DNA of 64,000 nt, from assembly GCF_902713615.1 (NCBI RefSeq), contig NC_052172.1, forward strand, positions 6,491,337 to 6,555,336, written 5' to 3'. The position numbers and the translations under genes were made by a program. This DNA comes from Scyliorhinus canicula. Taxonomy: Eukaryota. This document shows positions 24,303-37,009 of this stretch, one piece after another (positions within the stretch are counted from its first letter, which is position 1; each line of letters opens with the position of its first letter). Below the pieces are notes generated by a model. That model had not been told where the DNA came from. It did no database searches and saw only the letters and a program-made list of their open reading frames with translations.

Positions 24303-24421
24303 GCTGACAGCTTGAATCGACGGCTACGCTGTGTAAACTAATGGAGCTCAGGACCACGTTCAGAGGCCGCCCCTCTCCTCTGGCTGATTAAGTACGAAAC
24401 ATTCGGTTGAGGTTAACACGC

Positions 24422-24437
24422 TGACGTCAGCTTCCGG
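24422..24437. promoter_or_regulatory. V4 promoter CRE plus ETS
   Basis: TGACGTCA-G-CTTCCGG. Confidence 0.65.
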
Positions 24438-27400
24438 AATAACAAACACCCCCCCCCCCCAGTCTTCGGGCGCGTCAGCAGCGCCACATATTGGCAGAGC
24501 ACAGCATGACAAGTAGGGATGTAATAGAAGTGTTCACAATGATGACCGCATTTGATTTAATTGATCAGGAAACAGTAATTCCATTGGAGGAGGCTCGTGG
24601 ACCACAGGGTACATACATAAGATGATTGGCAGAAATATACCTTGGGTGACAGGGAATTCCTGTGCCCCGGAATAGACTGCCTGATCGAATGTGAGCAGCA
24701 GAATCAATTATATCTTTCTAAAGGGATAATTAGTTGAAAGGGAGACTTTTAGACACCGAGTGGCAGCCACGTTCCGAGATAAAGGGGGTGTGGGTTTTGG
24801 GAGCTGGGTGGTGATAATTAGGCAGCAGGCACCAAACGGGAACCGTAAGTGGTTGTAATAAACTCACTCGGTTAACTGGGATGGGTAGTGAGAATGTGGA
24901 CCTCGCTCATGCAAAACGTGTTTCAGGAAAACAGTGCTGGATATTTAATAGACTTTCCGGAAATGCTGAGGAATTACATCGGAAGAAATTAATAGAAAGA
25001 TATTCAATAGGGATAGGTGAGGAAGGTTAGGATTTCTAATAGGGAAGATTTTATAAAGAGAGCTGGCAGAGACTCGATGGGAGAAATAGCCTCTGCTTTT
25101 CTTTTAGATCAGGCGGTGCAAGTTTCTGCTCCAATTGGCTAAAAGTGAATCAACGGGTTAAATTATTTTCCGAATACAAACTACAGATTATTACACAAAC
25201 ACCTGAAAAGCGGCCTTGAGTCTGAGAGAAGCGAGTTAACGGTTGTCAACAGATTCTCAACCCGCCCTCAAGAGACAGGTGTCCCTGTGATGAACAGATG
25301 AACAAAGGCCTTTGTACAGGGTGAAACTAAGAGATGTTTATAGATTCTGAACTGAATTATTTTCTGTGTGTGTGGGGCATTCCTCTTGGAACTGAGGAGG
25401 CTATGCCGAGGTTATCCAGAATGGAGGATTTTGGTTACTGTGCCGACTGTAGAATCTACTCCATCCAGCGAAGAGATGAGGGGCAGAATTGATTGAGCCG
25501 TTGAGAATCAGGAGCGTTTTTCATCGTGCGAATAAAGAACAATTGTTTCCAGTGGCAGATGGTTCGCTTGCTGAAGGAAAATGCTGTAATATAACTGGAG
25601 GAGCTATTTAGAATCGGTTTCTTCTGTGTTTTTTTATGTTCTGGAAGAGGTCACCTGGAGGGATACTATACGTAGACCGAATCGGGACTGACTGGATCAT
25701 TCTTTATCAGGGCTAGTACAGACAGGGAAGGTAGAATAACCTCCTTTCGCGCTAAATCAGTCTATGGTCTTATCAGAATCTACCTCTCCATCGTTACTAC
25801 TGTGACGTGTTGATCCGTTAACAACGTCATCTGATTGTAAACATGTTGATGACACCTGAAAGGAAGGACATTAACTGCATTGAAAAATTGTTCGTCATTA
25901 ATTAGTGCCAATTGCAATCAATTAAATTTAGACTAAAGAATCTGAGAGTGAAGTAACAAAGGCCAGCGGCCGGAGACTTTGTCATCGAAGACCCAAACTG
26001 GGGACTGTAAACTGAACCAACTGAATTAGCAGAAAACGCTGAGGCCACAATACCCCGTCCTCCAACCTTAATTTACAGCTCCGCCTTCACCTGATTGGCT
26101 GCAAGTAGCGCACATGGGAGCCGGCGTTGCTCAGGGTTCATCATAGATAAACGGGGTGGGCCAAAAGGTGTCAGATGAAATCTACTGTGACCCAATTCAG
26201 CACCAAGAATGATCCTCTCCAGTATCCAACTTCTAATGACAGTGCTGTCTCTAAATGGTGAGAAAGTAGAACACGAGGTGGAAGAAAGGAATATGTGTCA
26301 CACAAACAAGTAATTACAAACTGGGACACAGGCAATTGGAGGAGTAGCAATCTTGCGGGTTTTTGGTCCTTCCCTCTCGGAATACAAAAGGAAAATGTGT
26401 CGCTTCCGTTGTATACAACATTGGTCAGTCCAGAATACAGAGCTGAATTTTGGGGAATATCTTACAATACCTTCGGGGTGAGGGACCGCGGGGTGGGGTG
26501 GGGGGTATCTTCGACGCACCCGTCACATTTGGGATTTCTGAGCTACATTCAAAAGCAAGAACATGCGTGGAACTTTCGACCCATCGAATTGCCCCGCCAG
26601 TGAAGCAGTTGAGGGTCCTTCATTAAATGCTTCCAAAATAAAGATAGATAGTTTTTTGAAGAATAAAGGAAGAAAGGGTTCTGGTATTCGGACGGGAAAG
26701 TGGAGCTGAGTCCACAAAAGATCGGCCATGATCTCATTGAATGGCGGAGCAGGCTCGATAGGCCAGATGGCCGACTCCTGCTCCTAGTTCTTATAACTCC
26801 ATTTTTCAGCCTGTTCGTATAATCCTCGAGCATTTTGCCAGTCAGAATTCTCTCTAATTCATTCTTGAATATATTCAATAAACGCAGCCTCCACTATTCG
26901 CTCGGAAGACAAATTCCGACAGAATCGACCGAAAAATTCCTCTTCAATCGTCTTCTTCTTCTTTGGACTTCACTAGTTTTACTCAGGGTCCCACAATGCC
27001 AGTTGATTGCGCAACCCCCATCTCCTCTGCTAAGTCACTCATTCCATCTGCTCTAAGGTATTTCTCTCTTTCGTTGTTCCAGGCAGTCTCATCGCCCACT
27101 CGCCGTCACCCAACTCACCACATTTCCGCTCTCTCTTTACCTCTGAAAGAGATGACTGGAGCATTTCAGCTTCTGCTGGTCTCCCCTCTCCGATGTTTCC
27201 AGAATATTCCCTGAATACCCCTCACACTCCCCGGCGGGTTGGTTCCTGAATTGATTCCTTTCAGTCCGCTTCCCTCATTCAGATGGCATTACTGCCCAGT
27301 TCTTCTTCCTCTCTGCTTGATGTTGTTGAAGTTTCTGCACGGAATACCAAGCCCCATCTCATTACTGTCTTGTAGATTAAAGAAGAGCATAATGTCCCGG

Positions 27401-27694
27401 CATCCATCGCTCTCGTGAGTTCTACAGACTCACGCCCCTTTGAGAGACGTAAGATTGCTTCAGCAGCAACTTCGGTAGAGTGCACTAGGGAACTGGTAAT
27501 GCTGGATTTGGTGATGCGTAATGAGGTAAACTTGATTCGGGAACTTAAGGTGACGGAGTCTTTTGGGGCAGTGACCACAATATGATATAATTCGTCCTTC
27601 GGTTTGAGAGGGAGAAGCTGCAATCAGATGTAACGGTATTACAATTGAATAAAGGTATCTACAAAGACATGAGGGAAGAGCTGGTCAGAGTTTT

Positions 27695-27915
27695 TAAAAA
27701 ATAAATTTAGAGTACCCAATTCAGTTTTTCCAATTAAGGGGCAATTTAGTGTGGCCGATCCACCTACCTTGCACATTTTTGGATTGTTGGGGCGAAACCC
27801 ACGCAAACATGGGCAGAATGTGCAAACTCCACACGGACAGTGACCCAGAGCCGGGATCGAACCTGGGACCTCGGCGCCGCGAGTCAGCAGCGCTAACCAC
27901 TGAGCCGCCGTTCTG
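27695..27915 (-). mobile_element. Short V-SINE
   Basis: Core and head. Confidence 0.82.
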
Positions 27916-28639
27916 CCCCGAGCTGCTCAGAGTTGATTGGAAGGGGTGCCTAGCAGAGAAGACAGTGGAACAGCAATGGTAGGAGTTTTGGGGGTTTATT
28001 CGGGAGGCACCACATCAATTCATCCCAAGGAGGAGAAACATGCTAAGGGAAAGACTTTCGTAGAAAGAATAGAGGCTGAGGCTATTTTCAAAATTGCACA
28101 AGGCTTCGGAGATGTGACGCACAAAGGGATGTAGGAGTCCTAGTTCACGATTCTCTTTAGGTTAACATGCAGGTTCAGTAGGCAGTTAGGAAGGCAAATG
28201 CAATATTAGCATTCATGTCGAGAGGGCGAGAATAAAAGAGCAGGAATGTTCTGCTGAGGCTCTTTCAGGCTCTTCTCAGACCCTATTTGGAATATTATGA
28301 GCAGTTTGGGGTCACGTTTCTAAGGATGAATGTGCCTGACTTGGAGGGGCCCACAGGAATGATCCCGGGAATGAAGAGCTTGTCATGTCAGAGGTATATT
28401 CTCGAAGGTATTCAGAAAGTTGAGGGGGAGGAGATGACGGGAACAGCAAGTTGCAGTAGATGAAGTGAGTAAGACAGTACAAAGCAGGGTAGAGTTTATT
28501 GCGGGTCATCCACGGTGGGTCGAAGGTGTTAGAGTAATTTCCAACTGATGCGAGGCAACGAGACGTGGAGGAAACGAATTCGTTGTCCAGCTCTCCAAAT
28601 CACTTACCCTAGAACACAAATATAATTCAAAATCATAGG

Positions 28640-29365
28640 AAGCGGAGTGGAGAACTTGCCCCTGTCTACATCAATGGGAACGAAGTAGAAAGGGTCGAGA
28701 GCTTCAAGTTTCTATGTGTACAGATAACCAACAGCCTGTCCTGGTCCCCCCCTTTCTTAACTACAGTGTCGGCATTGGGGGGGGGGGGGGCGCAATGCCG
28801 ACACTATAGTTAAGAAAGCCCACCAGCGACTCTATTTTCTCAGAAGACTGAGGAAATGTGGCATGTCAGCTACGACCCTCACCACGTCTACAGATGCACA
28901 ATAGAAAGCATTCTTTCTGGTTGTATCACAGGTTGGCATGGAGCCTGCTCTGCCCAAGACTGCAGGAAACTACAAAAGGTTGTGAATGTAGCCCAGTCCA
29001 TCACGCAAACCAGCCTCCCATCCATTGACTCTATCTATAATTCCCGCTGCCTCGGTAGGGCGACGGCATAATTAAGGACCCCACGCACCCCAAACATACT
29101 CTCTTCCACCTCCTTTTGATGTTTGAGGTCACGTACCAACCGACTCAAGAACAGCTTCTTCTCTACTGCCACCAGACTTTTGAATGGACCTACCTCGTAT
29201 TAAATTGATCTTTTCTCTACACTTTGCTATAACTTAAACATTATATTCTGTAGTCTCTCCTTCCTTCCTTATATACGGTATGCATTGTTTGTACAGCATG
29301 CAAGAAACAATAGTTTTCACTGTACACAAATACATGTGACAATAGTAACTCAAATCAAATCAAAG
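28640..29365 (+). mobile_element. Rex1/Babar-type LINE 3' fragment
   Basis: INGNEVERVESFKFL, KKAHQRLYFLRRLRK, YRCTIESILSGCIT, RLKNSFF; (CAAAT)n tail. Confidence 0.8.
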
Positions 29366-29989
29366 AGACCATAGAACCTCATCGAATTCAGCCTTCCTAT
29401 CGGGAGAATGTACAAAATGGTGGATGTTCGACTCGAATTGTTCCAGAGACCGGAACATATGGAACAAAGTGCTCAGTTAGAATCCAAAGACTCCCTCCAG
29501 TGCAGATGAGGCCATTCGGTCCATCGAGTTGTCACCGACCATCTGAAAAATTTCTGGGCAACGCGCTTCAGGAAGGATATATTGGGCCTAGACAGTGTTG
29601 AATGCACATTGACTGGAATGCGACCAAGCGTTGTGGGTTAAATGTACAGGGGTATGAAGCATAAGGTTGTCTGTATTACCTTCAGTTTAAATATTATACA
29701 AAATAATAAAAATAAATTGAAAACAAATTATGGGGGTGATTGAATAGTTTAAGCACTGGAGGAGGAATTTTAAGCATAGAAACAGAGGAACAAACTGAAG
29801 GTGCTCAAGTGTCATTCATGTCGTTCATGGTCCTGGGGTGTCCTCTGTTGGCTGCTGGAGGAAGAAACCAGAGTCCCTTAAACAACCCTCTTCACTTTGT
29901 TACTTTGCATTTCTATCAATCAGCCATTTCTTTCATACGCTCCTGCTATCCTTATTTTATTCGTCAAGTCTTATCATTTATCATCGTCA

Positions 29990-30900
29990 TAGAGCATTAC
30001 AGCATAGAAAGAGATCCTTCAGCCGATCTTGTCTGTGTCGGACATTAGCACATACCTCTTCCACTCTCGTTGTCCTGAACTTGGTCCGTGGCATTGTGTG
30101 CTGCGGCGTTTCAAGTGCTAATATAAATATTTCCGAAATGCTGTGAGGGTTCCCGCCTCCACCACCCATCAGGCAGCGAGTTCCAGATACCCACCACGCT
30201 CGGGGTGAAAAAGATTTTCCTCAAATACCTTCTCAACCTCCCTCCTCTCACGTTAAATTTATGCTCAGTGGTGATTAATACTGCCATTAAGAGGAGTGAT
30301 TTCTTCCTATCTGCCCATGTCCTTCATAATTTTGTACACCGCAATCAGGTTCCCTTTCAGCCTTCTCTGCTCAAAGGAGAACAACCCCGGCCTAACCAGT
30401 TTCTCTTCATAACTCCAGAAATGCTCCAGCCCAGGCAACATCCTGGTGAATGTCCTCTGCACCCAATCACATCCTTCCTGTAGTATGGTGACCAGAGCTG
30501 CACCCAGTACTCTAGCTGTGGCCTAATGAGCTTTCTATAGAGCTCTATCATAACCTGTCTGCTCTGATCTCAAATGCCTTCTGAAAGTCCATAAATAACA
30601 TCCTTTTAACATTCCCCTGCTCACTACCTTACTCATCTCTTCAAAATATCCCTGTGATGAATCCATGCTGTCTCTTCCTGATTAACTGAACGTTTTCGAG
30701 GTATTCAGTTATCCAATACCTGATTATAGAGTCCAACAATTTCCCCACCGTAGATGTGAGACTAACCGCACTGGAATTCCCTAGTTTCCTCCTTTCATCC
30801 TTCTTAAAAAGTGGAATGCCATGAGCAATTATCCAACCCAGACCTAGGACTCCTGAATCTAGGGACCTCTGGAACATTACAGTTAGGGCATCTCAATGTG
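29990..30900 (-). mobile_element. Old CR1 fragments
   Basis: RPQLEYWVQLWSPYY and PLFKK..SAVSLTSTVGKLL remnants. Confidence 0.75.
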
Positions 30901-31820
30901 TTCCTCTACTTCCTTTAACACTCTCGGATAAAACCTGGTCCTGAGGATTTGTCACTCTTTAGCTCCATTAATTATCGCATTGTCAATGTTTTATTGATTA
31001 ATTTTATTTCCTCTTTGTCCCCCATCCTCAACTGATGTCCCCGGGTTTTCATTTCTCCTACAAGTTATCCTCCTTCTCTATTGCAAATGCTGATGCAAAG
31101 TAATTATTCAACATGTCTGCCATGTTCTAATACTCACTGACAATATCCGCACTTTCAGTCTTTCACTGACCAACATTGCTCCGAACCACCCGCGTTCCCG
31201 TTCAGTAATAAAGACATGGTTGAGTCAAATATCAGCTTTTCCCAACAAACTGGCCCCTTTTTACGCTGAATGTGTTCAATAAATTAGTGCCAGATGGGTT
31301 CATGTTATATCCTGACAGCTTTCCTTTTTAGTCTTTTCTCCATCGTCTGTTTATCCACTTTATTATTCAACTCTTAAATGTACCTCCGCTGTTCACCTGA
31401 AGACATTGTGGCGAGTTCCACATTCCCAGCAGCCTATGGGAATCTATCTCCTGAATTCCGATTCGATCTTTCTCGTGACGATTTTATATTGATGATCTCC
31501 TAAATCTGGTGTCTCCACAAATGGAAACAGCTATCGAACCCGATTCATAATGGCAAACACTTCGATCAGCGCAGCCCCCAAACCGTCCCTTTTCTACAGA
31601 AACGAACATGTTCTGTTATCCCTGATATTTATAACAGTTCTGTCAATACCGCTGTCCATTTTCCAGTTCCCCTTTTCCAATGCTCATCTAAATCCAATCA
31701 CTGACATTGATAATAATCTTGATCCTGTTGCCAAAAATATAGTCACTCAGCACGGCAAACTACAGCTGCTGAAAGCACCGCGCGGTTTTCTCGCTCACAG
31801 CTGTCCCCTGCACCCTTTCG

Positions 31821-31859
31821 GGTTTTTGTTGAACTGCTCCATCTCTCTGAGTCACTGTG
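31821..31859 (-). other. 23-RSS of V5
   Basis: CACAGTG + 23 bp + ACAAAAACC (consensus). Confidence 0.97.
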
Positions 31860-32309
31860 AAGACTCCAGGCGCAGTAATACACGGCCGAGTGATCCACCC
31901 GTAGGCTGGAGGTCGCCAGTTTGAGCTCGGAGCCACTCGGTCTCTTGGCGGTGAAACCGTCCACCGGGTTACTCAAATCCACATCACCGCTAAGCGCAGA
32001 GTAAAACATAAACTGAAGCTCCTTCCCCGGGTATTGTCTGTACCAGAACATATCAGGGTTACTGTTGCCCTGGACACCGCAATGCAGTTCCACACTGTCC
32101 CCGGGATATTTAGAGACAGCTGCGGGAGTCTGGCGGACAGTCTGCGAGTTCACGTCTGGGGAAGACACAAGAGAGGAAGAGGTCAGAACCGGGGTAATCT
32201 GGGAGATGCAGAAGGGAAGATAGAAAGAAAAAACTAAGAGGAAAGAAAAGTTCCTTGTTAATAATCACTCACATTGAAATAAGATCAGGAGACTCAGTAA
32301 CGCATACAT
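31860..32309 (-). CDS. TRBV: TCR beta-like V gene, family B (V5): leader 32273-32309, V exon 31860-32155
   Basis: Leader MYALLSLLILFQ/GTGAGT; V exon VNSQTVRQTP..LHC..MFWYRQ..FMFYS..FTAKRP..YYCAWS. Confidence 0.92.
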
Positions 32310-32377
32310 GTTGTCTGGCAGGCTTTATTCGAATAACGAATGAACTAAGTCAACAGCGTTGCATCTTGTTGCTTTTT

Positions 32378-32417
32378 CGACGTCAATGAGTCATGACGTT
32401 TTTTCCGAACTGACGTC
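32378..32417. promoter_or_regulatory. V5 promoter CRE/AP-1 cluster
   Basis: CGACGTCA, TGAGTCA, TGACGT and TGACGTC within 40 bp, ~70-110 bp upstream of the ATG. Confidence 0.6.
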
Positions 32418-32529
32418 CTTGTGGGTGACCAGGCTCCTCCTACTCTGATTGAAAGGCCCATGATTGGCTGATGGGAACAGGCGACTCCAAAATCGAGAGA
32501 GACAGGTGAAGCGAGTGGGCAAAGCAATA

Positions 32530-32548
32530 GCAGATGCAGTTTCATGTG
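32530..32548. promoter_or_regulatory. Conserved 19-bp double E-box element (V5); identical copies at 35977-35995, 46937-46955, 51589-51607
   Basis: GCAGATGCAGTTTCATGTG, ~220-250 bp upstream of four family B ATGs. Confidence 0.6.
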
Positions 32549-32769
32549 GGAAATTCTGAGGTCATCCGCGGTCAGGCCTTATGAAGCGGAAGAGGAATAA
32601 TACTTAACTCTGAAGAACTGTGGAGTTACAAAGGCATTTAGTTGCCCCGCTAATCAGAAACCTGAGCACGTTCTGTTTCATTGTAGAGAACCCTCGGTAG
32701 ATTCTAAAGGGAATCCGTTTTAACTTCTGAGCAGACAATTCAGGAAAGGGTGAATTAGAAAGGCTGGTG

Positions 32770-32975
32770 ACGACGCGGTGGCCTAGAGGTTAGCACTGCT
32801 GCCGCATGGCGCCGAGAGCCCAGGTTCGATCACTGTCGGTGTGGAGTTTGCACATTCTCCCCGTGTCTGCATGTGTCTCACCCCCCACAACACAAAGATG
32901 TGAAGGGTAGATGGATTGGCCAATCTAAATTGCCCTTTAATTGGAAAAAATGAATTGGGGACTCTAAATTTTATT
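32770..32975 (+). mobile_element. Short V-SINE
   Basis: Head and core. Confidence 0.8.
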
Positions 32976-34079
32976 TTTAAAAGAGTTAAAAACTGATTCT
33001 GCAGAATTATCTCCCGCCCTTACTGTGACTATTCCTCTCTCAATCTCTCTCGCTGCACTCTGTCTTTCTCTACGTAATTCTCTGTGCAAGGAAACTGCAT
33101 TGAAAAGTAAAGGGGCTCTGATCTCAGCTGCTGCCCAACCACAGGCAGTGAAGGAGGATTCACAGGGACCTGGATCCATAGCTCCCAAGTTCTAGGCCCA
33201 TCGCCCCTTCACTGCCATGCCAACTTCTGTTACTCAATCTTGTAATCAGTGCAAATTGAAAGGAAGTGTTGTAAATGCTTAGCTTAGCAGGTCTGGCAGC
33301 ATCTGTGGAGACAGAAACAGTTCACATTTCGATTCCAAATGACTCTTGTTGAGAAAAGTTATACTATATTGTATTGGAAACGTTAACTCTGATTCTCACT
33401 TCACAGATACGGCCCGACCCGCTGATTATTTACATCATTTGCGATTGTTCTTTCAGATTTTCCACCTCAGCTGTATTTCGATTTAAATTTAATATGCAAC
33501 ATGCTGGTTCAGAGATTGAGACCTGAAAGATGGTCGCTTGCAAGGGCTGGAACAGGCCGGTCCAGATCATTCATGAACAGAGCGGGAGACTGGAGTGGAG
33601 CAGCAGAAATCTGAGACACAGAGGGACCTGACTGTCCTGGTTAATGATTCACAAAGAGTTAGTCTACAGGTACAGCAAGTGAAGGTGAATGAAACATTGG
33701 AGTTTATTGCAAGGGTTTAGAAGATAATAGTAAGTAAGCATAGGAAGTATAGGACTTTAGGGAGACATTACGTGGACTATCATAGAATGATTGAATCCTT
33801 ACAGTGCAGAAGGTGGCTATTCGTCCCATCTATGGGTTGAAAGCGCCATTGCCTCACATTGCCAGGGAATTGGGGGCTCGGGTCACTCTGTATGAGGAGT
33901 TTGCACTTTCTCCCCATGACTGCATTGGTTTCCTCCGGATTCTCCGGTTTCCTCCCACAGTGCAAAATATGTGCAAGTTAGGTGGATTGTCCATGCTCAC
34001 TTTTGGACCCATTGCAGGTTCCTGCCCCCCTCCCCCCCCCCCCCACCCCACCCCCACCGCTGTTTTCCGATGCCTTTAG

Positions 34080-34388
34080 GGTTCTTGTTGTATGGTTCCA
34101 TCTCTCTCAGTCACTGCGAAGACTCCAGTCCGAGCGCGTCACCCCCTGCCCAGGTTGGTCTTATTCACTGGGTCCCCTCAATGTGAAACTGTCCATTGCC
34201 CTGTCTGGATCGACATAATTTGCAGCATTAGAATAAAACATTAGCTGCAGCTCGGAGGGAGTATTGTCTGTACCAGAACATGTAGATGTTGCTGCAACTG
34301 CCCTCCACACTGCAGCTCAATCTCAATCTCTCCCCTGGACATCTGGAGAGGGCGGCGGGAGTCTGGCGGATAATCTGAGACTTCACAT
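34080..34388 (-). pseudogene. V pseudogene related to V9, leaderless
   Basis: VKSQIIRQTPAALSRCPGERLRLSCSVEGSCSNIYMFWYRQ, then frameshift and stop; YYC deleted; RSS mutated to CGCAGTG + 23 + ACAAGAACC; upstream (GAAA)n joins directly to spacer sequence. Confidence 0.88.
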
Positions 34389-34439
34389 CTGAGAAAGAGA
34401 CAGGGAGAGGAGATCAGGAGATGAGACCCTCTGCTTGGT

Positions 34440-34523
34440 GAAGAACCAAGATGAAAGATAGAAAGAAGGAAAGAAAGAAAGAAGGAAAGAAAGAAAGATA
34501 GATATAAATAAATAAATAAAGAT

Positions 34524-34576
<53 letters not shown>

Positions 34577-34580
34577 GAAA
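34440..34580. repeat. (GAAA)n/(TAAA)n microsatellite
   Basis: Visible tandem tetranucleotides. Confidence 0.95.
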
Positions 34581-35260
34581 GATGTCTGGAGACATCTATT
34601 GACAAAAACATCAGAGGAAATGTGGAAGTCTGACTCTGTCTGGGTGAATGGGAGCTTTCAACACAAAAAAATATCGTTTTCCTACTAAACTAGCACCTCA
34701 AGATTTAGGGAGAAAGACGGGAAGACGGTAATTAGTAACAGAGCGGTCATGATCTCAGTCAATGATTGATAAATCCCAAGATGCTGGACCGGCTCCTTCA
34801 CAGACTTGAAGTGCTGAATGGCCTCCTGATGTCCCTGAGCAACAAATTCAAAGGAGGATGAATGACCCTTTGGTTGTGAGGGGCTGAATGGGCTCTTCAT
34901 GTTCCTCAATAGCAAGTCCAAAGAGTCTCAATGACCTTCTTTCTTACGCTGTTTCGTAGGTTCACAGGAGCCGAATAGTCCCTGTGTCCCTTTTAAACAA
35001 TGTACGACACACTGCTCTCCTTTCATGGTCACCGAGCGCCGCCTGTTGTTACTCTGGAGAATAATTACACAGTCAATAATTGAACCCCAAACAGTTTTCC
35101 GCAGTCAATCCTTTCAATTCTCCTGTTATGTTTGTCAATCCATCCCCAGATACCCATCCTATATCACTTTTTAATTGTTTATTGTCACAATCACGTTCAT
35201 TGTACAAGAATGCAACACCGCCTGGTTTTGTCGCTCACAGCTGTTTCTTGCTGCCTTTGG

Positions 35261-35299
35261 GGTTTTTGTTGAACTGCTCCATCTCTCTGAGTCACTGTG
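35261..35299 (-). other. 23-RSS of V6
   Basis: CACAGTG + 23 bp + ACAAAAACC. Confidence 0.97.
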
Positions 35300-35759
35300 A
35301 AGACTCCAGGCGCAGTAATACATGGCCGAGTGATTCACCCGCAGGCCGGAGGACTTCAGGTTGAACTGGGAGCCACTCGGTCGTTCTGCGTTGAAACTGT
35401 CCACCGTCCCCGGCTGAATCACACTTGCTGTAGTTGCTGAATAAAACATCAGCTGCAGCCCCCTCCCGAGGTGTTGTCTGTACCAGAACATGTCACCGCT
35501 ACTGGCTCCCTCCGCAGTGCACTTCAGTTCCACTGTCTCTCCAGGGGATTTGCAGACATTGTTAGGAGTCTGATGGACTGTCGCTGAGTTGACGTCTGAA
35601 AAAGATATGGGGAGGTGAGGGAGTCAATAAAGAGGGAGAATTAGAGAATAGGAGGAAGGAAATTAGAAAGAAATTAAAGGATAAATGATGATGCCAAAAA
35701 AATTGCAAGGAAAGACATTCACATTGTAATAAATTGACGAGGCTCAGTAACAGATACAT
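35300..35759 (-). CDS. TRBV: TCR beta-like V gene, family B (V6): leader 35723-35759, V exon 35300-35595
   Basis: Leader MYLLLSLVNLLQ/GTGAAT; V exon VNSATVHQTPNNVCKSPGETVELKC..WYRQHLGRGLQLMFYS..YYCAWS. Confidence 0.9.
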
Positions 35760-36179
35760 GTTCACTTGCAATTTGTTTTGCAAACTGGAAATCGAGTAAA
35801 TAAGGCTCTAGTCCTGCTGGAATGAGACCGTCTCCTTTCAAATTATTCAAGTAAATACGTGTCAAGGGGGAGTATACGTTTGAATACGCCCCTGACACTG
35901 TCACTGGCTGCAACTGGTGCAATGAAAACAGGCGTTTTCGAACGCGTCACTGTTTCAAGAAGTGGGTAAATCCATGGCAGATGCAGTTTCATGTGAACAA
36001 GTCCATGCTCCTCCGGGGCAGGGTGAAGCGAGAGATCAGCACTGTCTAACTGGTGAGAAGAGACGGTCTGTGGAGCAGCTAGTGAATTCATTTCTGTAGC
36101 TGTACTAGACTCCCGAAACACGGATAAACATGTACAACAAATATCAAAACCTAATGAAATGCTCGCCTTCAATTGTATG

Positions 36180-36510
36180 GGGGCTCGGCAGCACAGTGGT
36201 TAGCACAGTTGCTTCATAGCTCCAGAGTCCCGGGTTCGATTCCTGGCTTGGCTGACTGTCTGTGTGGAGTCTCTACGTTCTCCCAGTGTCTGCGTGGGTT
36301 TCCTCTGTGTGCTCCGGTTTCCTCCCACAGTCCAAAGCTGTGCAGGTTAGGTAGATTGGCCGTGCTAAATTTCCCCTCAGTGTCCAAAAAGGTTCAGTGG
36401 GGTTACAGGGTTAAGGGGAGAGGTTGGAGTTGTGGTCAGGGTTACGGGGTGAGGGCCGGTGCGGACTCGATGGGCCCAATGACCTCCTTCTGCCCTGTAA
36501 TTCCTCCGAT
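36180..36510 (+). mobile_element. V-SINE
   Basis: Head, core and tail. Confidence 0.85.
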
Positions 36511-37009
36511 TCCGATGAATTCCGGGGAGCTCATAATCGAATGAGGGAGGTTCTGCTCCAGTTTGAGAAGCTGAGCAAGACCCCAGACGGGTATGTGTTC
36601 CAGCGCCTGGATAGATTATCCCGGACAAACTGCAGGAGGAGGAATCACCAGATTGATCGCAGGTCCCAGAGGGTTACATCATGGGGCACTTTGCACAACT
36701 AGCGCAATTTCCCTTGATTCTCGGAGCTGGGTAGATAGAGTGCAGGTACAGATCAGTGCAATCAAATTGAACGGCTAGAGTCTCGGGGTCCTTTCTGGAC
36801 TCGGACTGATCCTATTCATGTCCCAGGCAATGATGAGTTTCATTGTTTTAGAGCGCACTCTGTAAAGACATTTTGGAAATTCAGTGTAACTCGGGTCTTT
36901 TCACTGATTCCCCTGTTCGTTCCCTCTTGTTTATATTGTCTATCAACTTTATTTGTATTTATTTTTATTTTTATTACCTTTTCACATTGTGTGGGGGCGG
37001 GGGAACTGA

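Noticed and set aside
27376-27448. Exon-like segment (TCTTGTAG acceptor, GTAAGA donor; IKEEHNVPASIALVSSTDSRPFER)
   Set aside because: It is isolated, next to CR1 remnants, has no recognisable homology and no partner exons, so chance splice signals are likely.
34080-34600. Leaderless V with an extra CDR1 Cys (GSCSN), recalling the supporting V-delta of shark NAR-TCR
   Set aside because: It is TRBV-like (V9 paralog), frameshifted, lacks YYC and has a dead CGCAGTG heptamer. The leader loss is explained by a deletion joining to spacer DNA, and no upstream NAR-V, D or J was seen.
36500-36830. Possible LTR/Gypsy coding remnant, and an LTR-like stretch at ~18960-19156
   Set aside because: No diagnostic motif could be confirmed without a database search.
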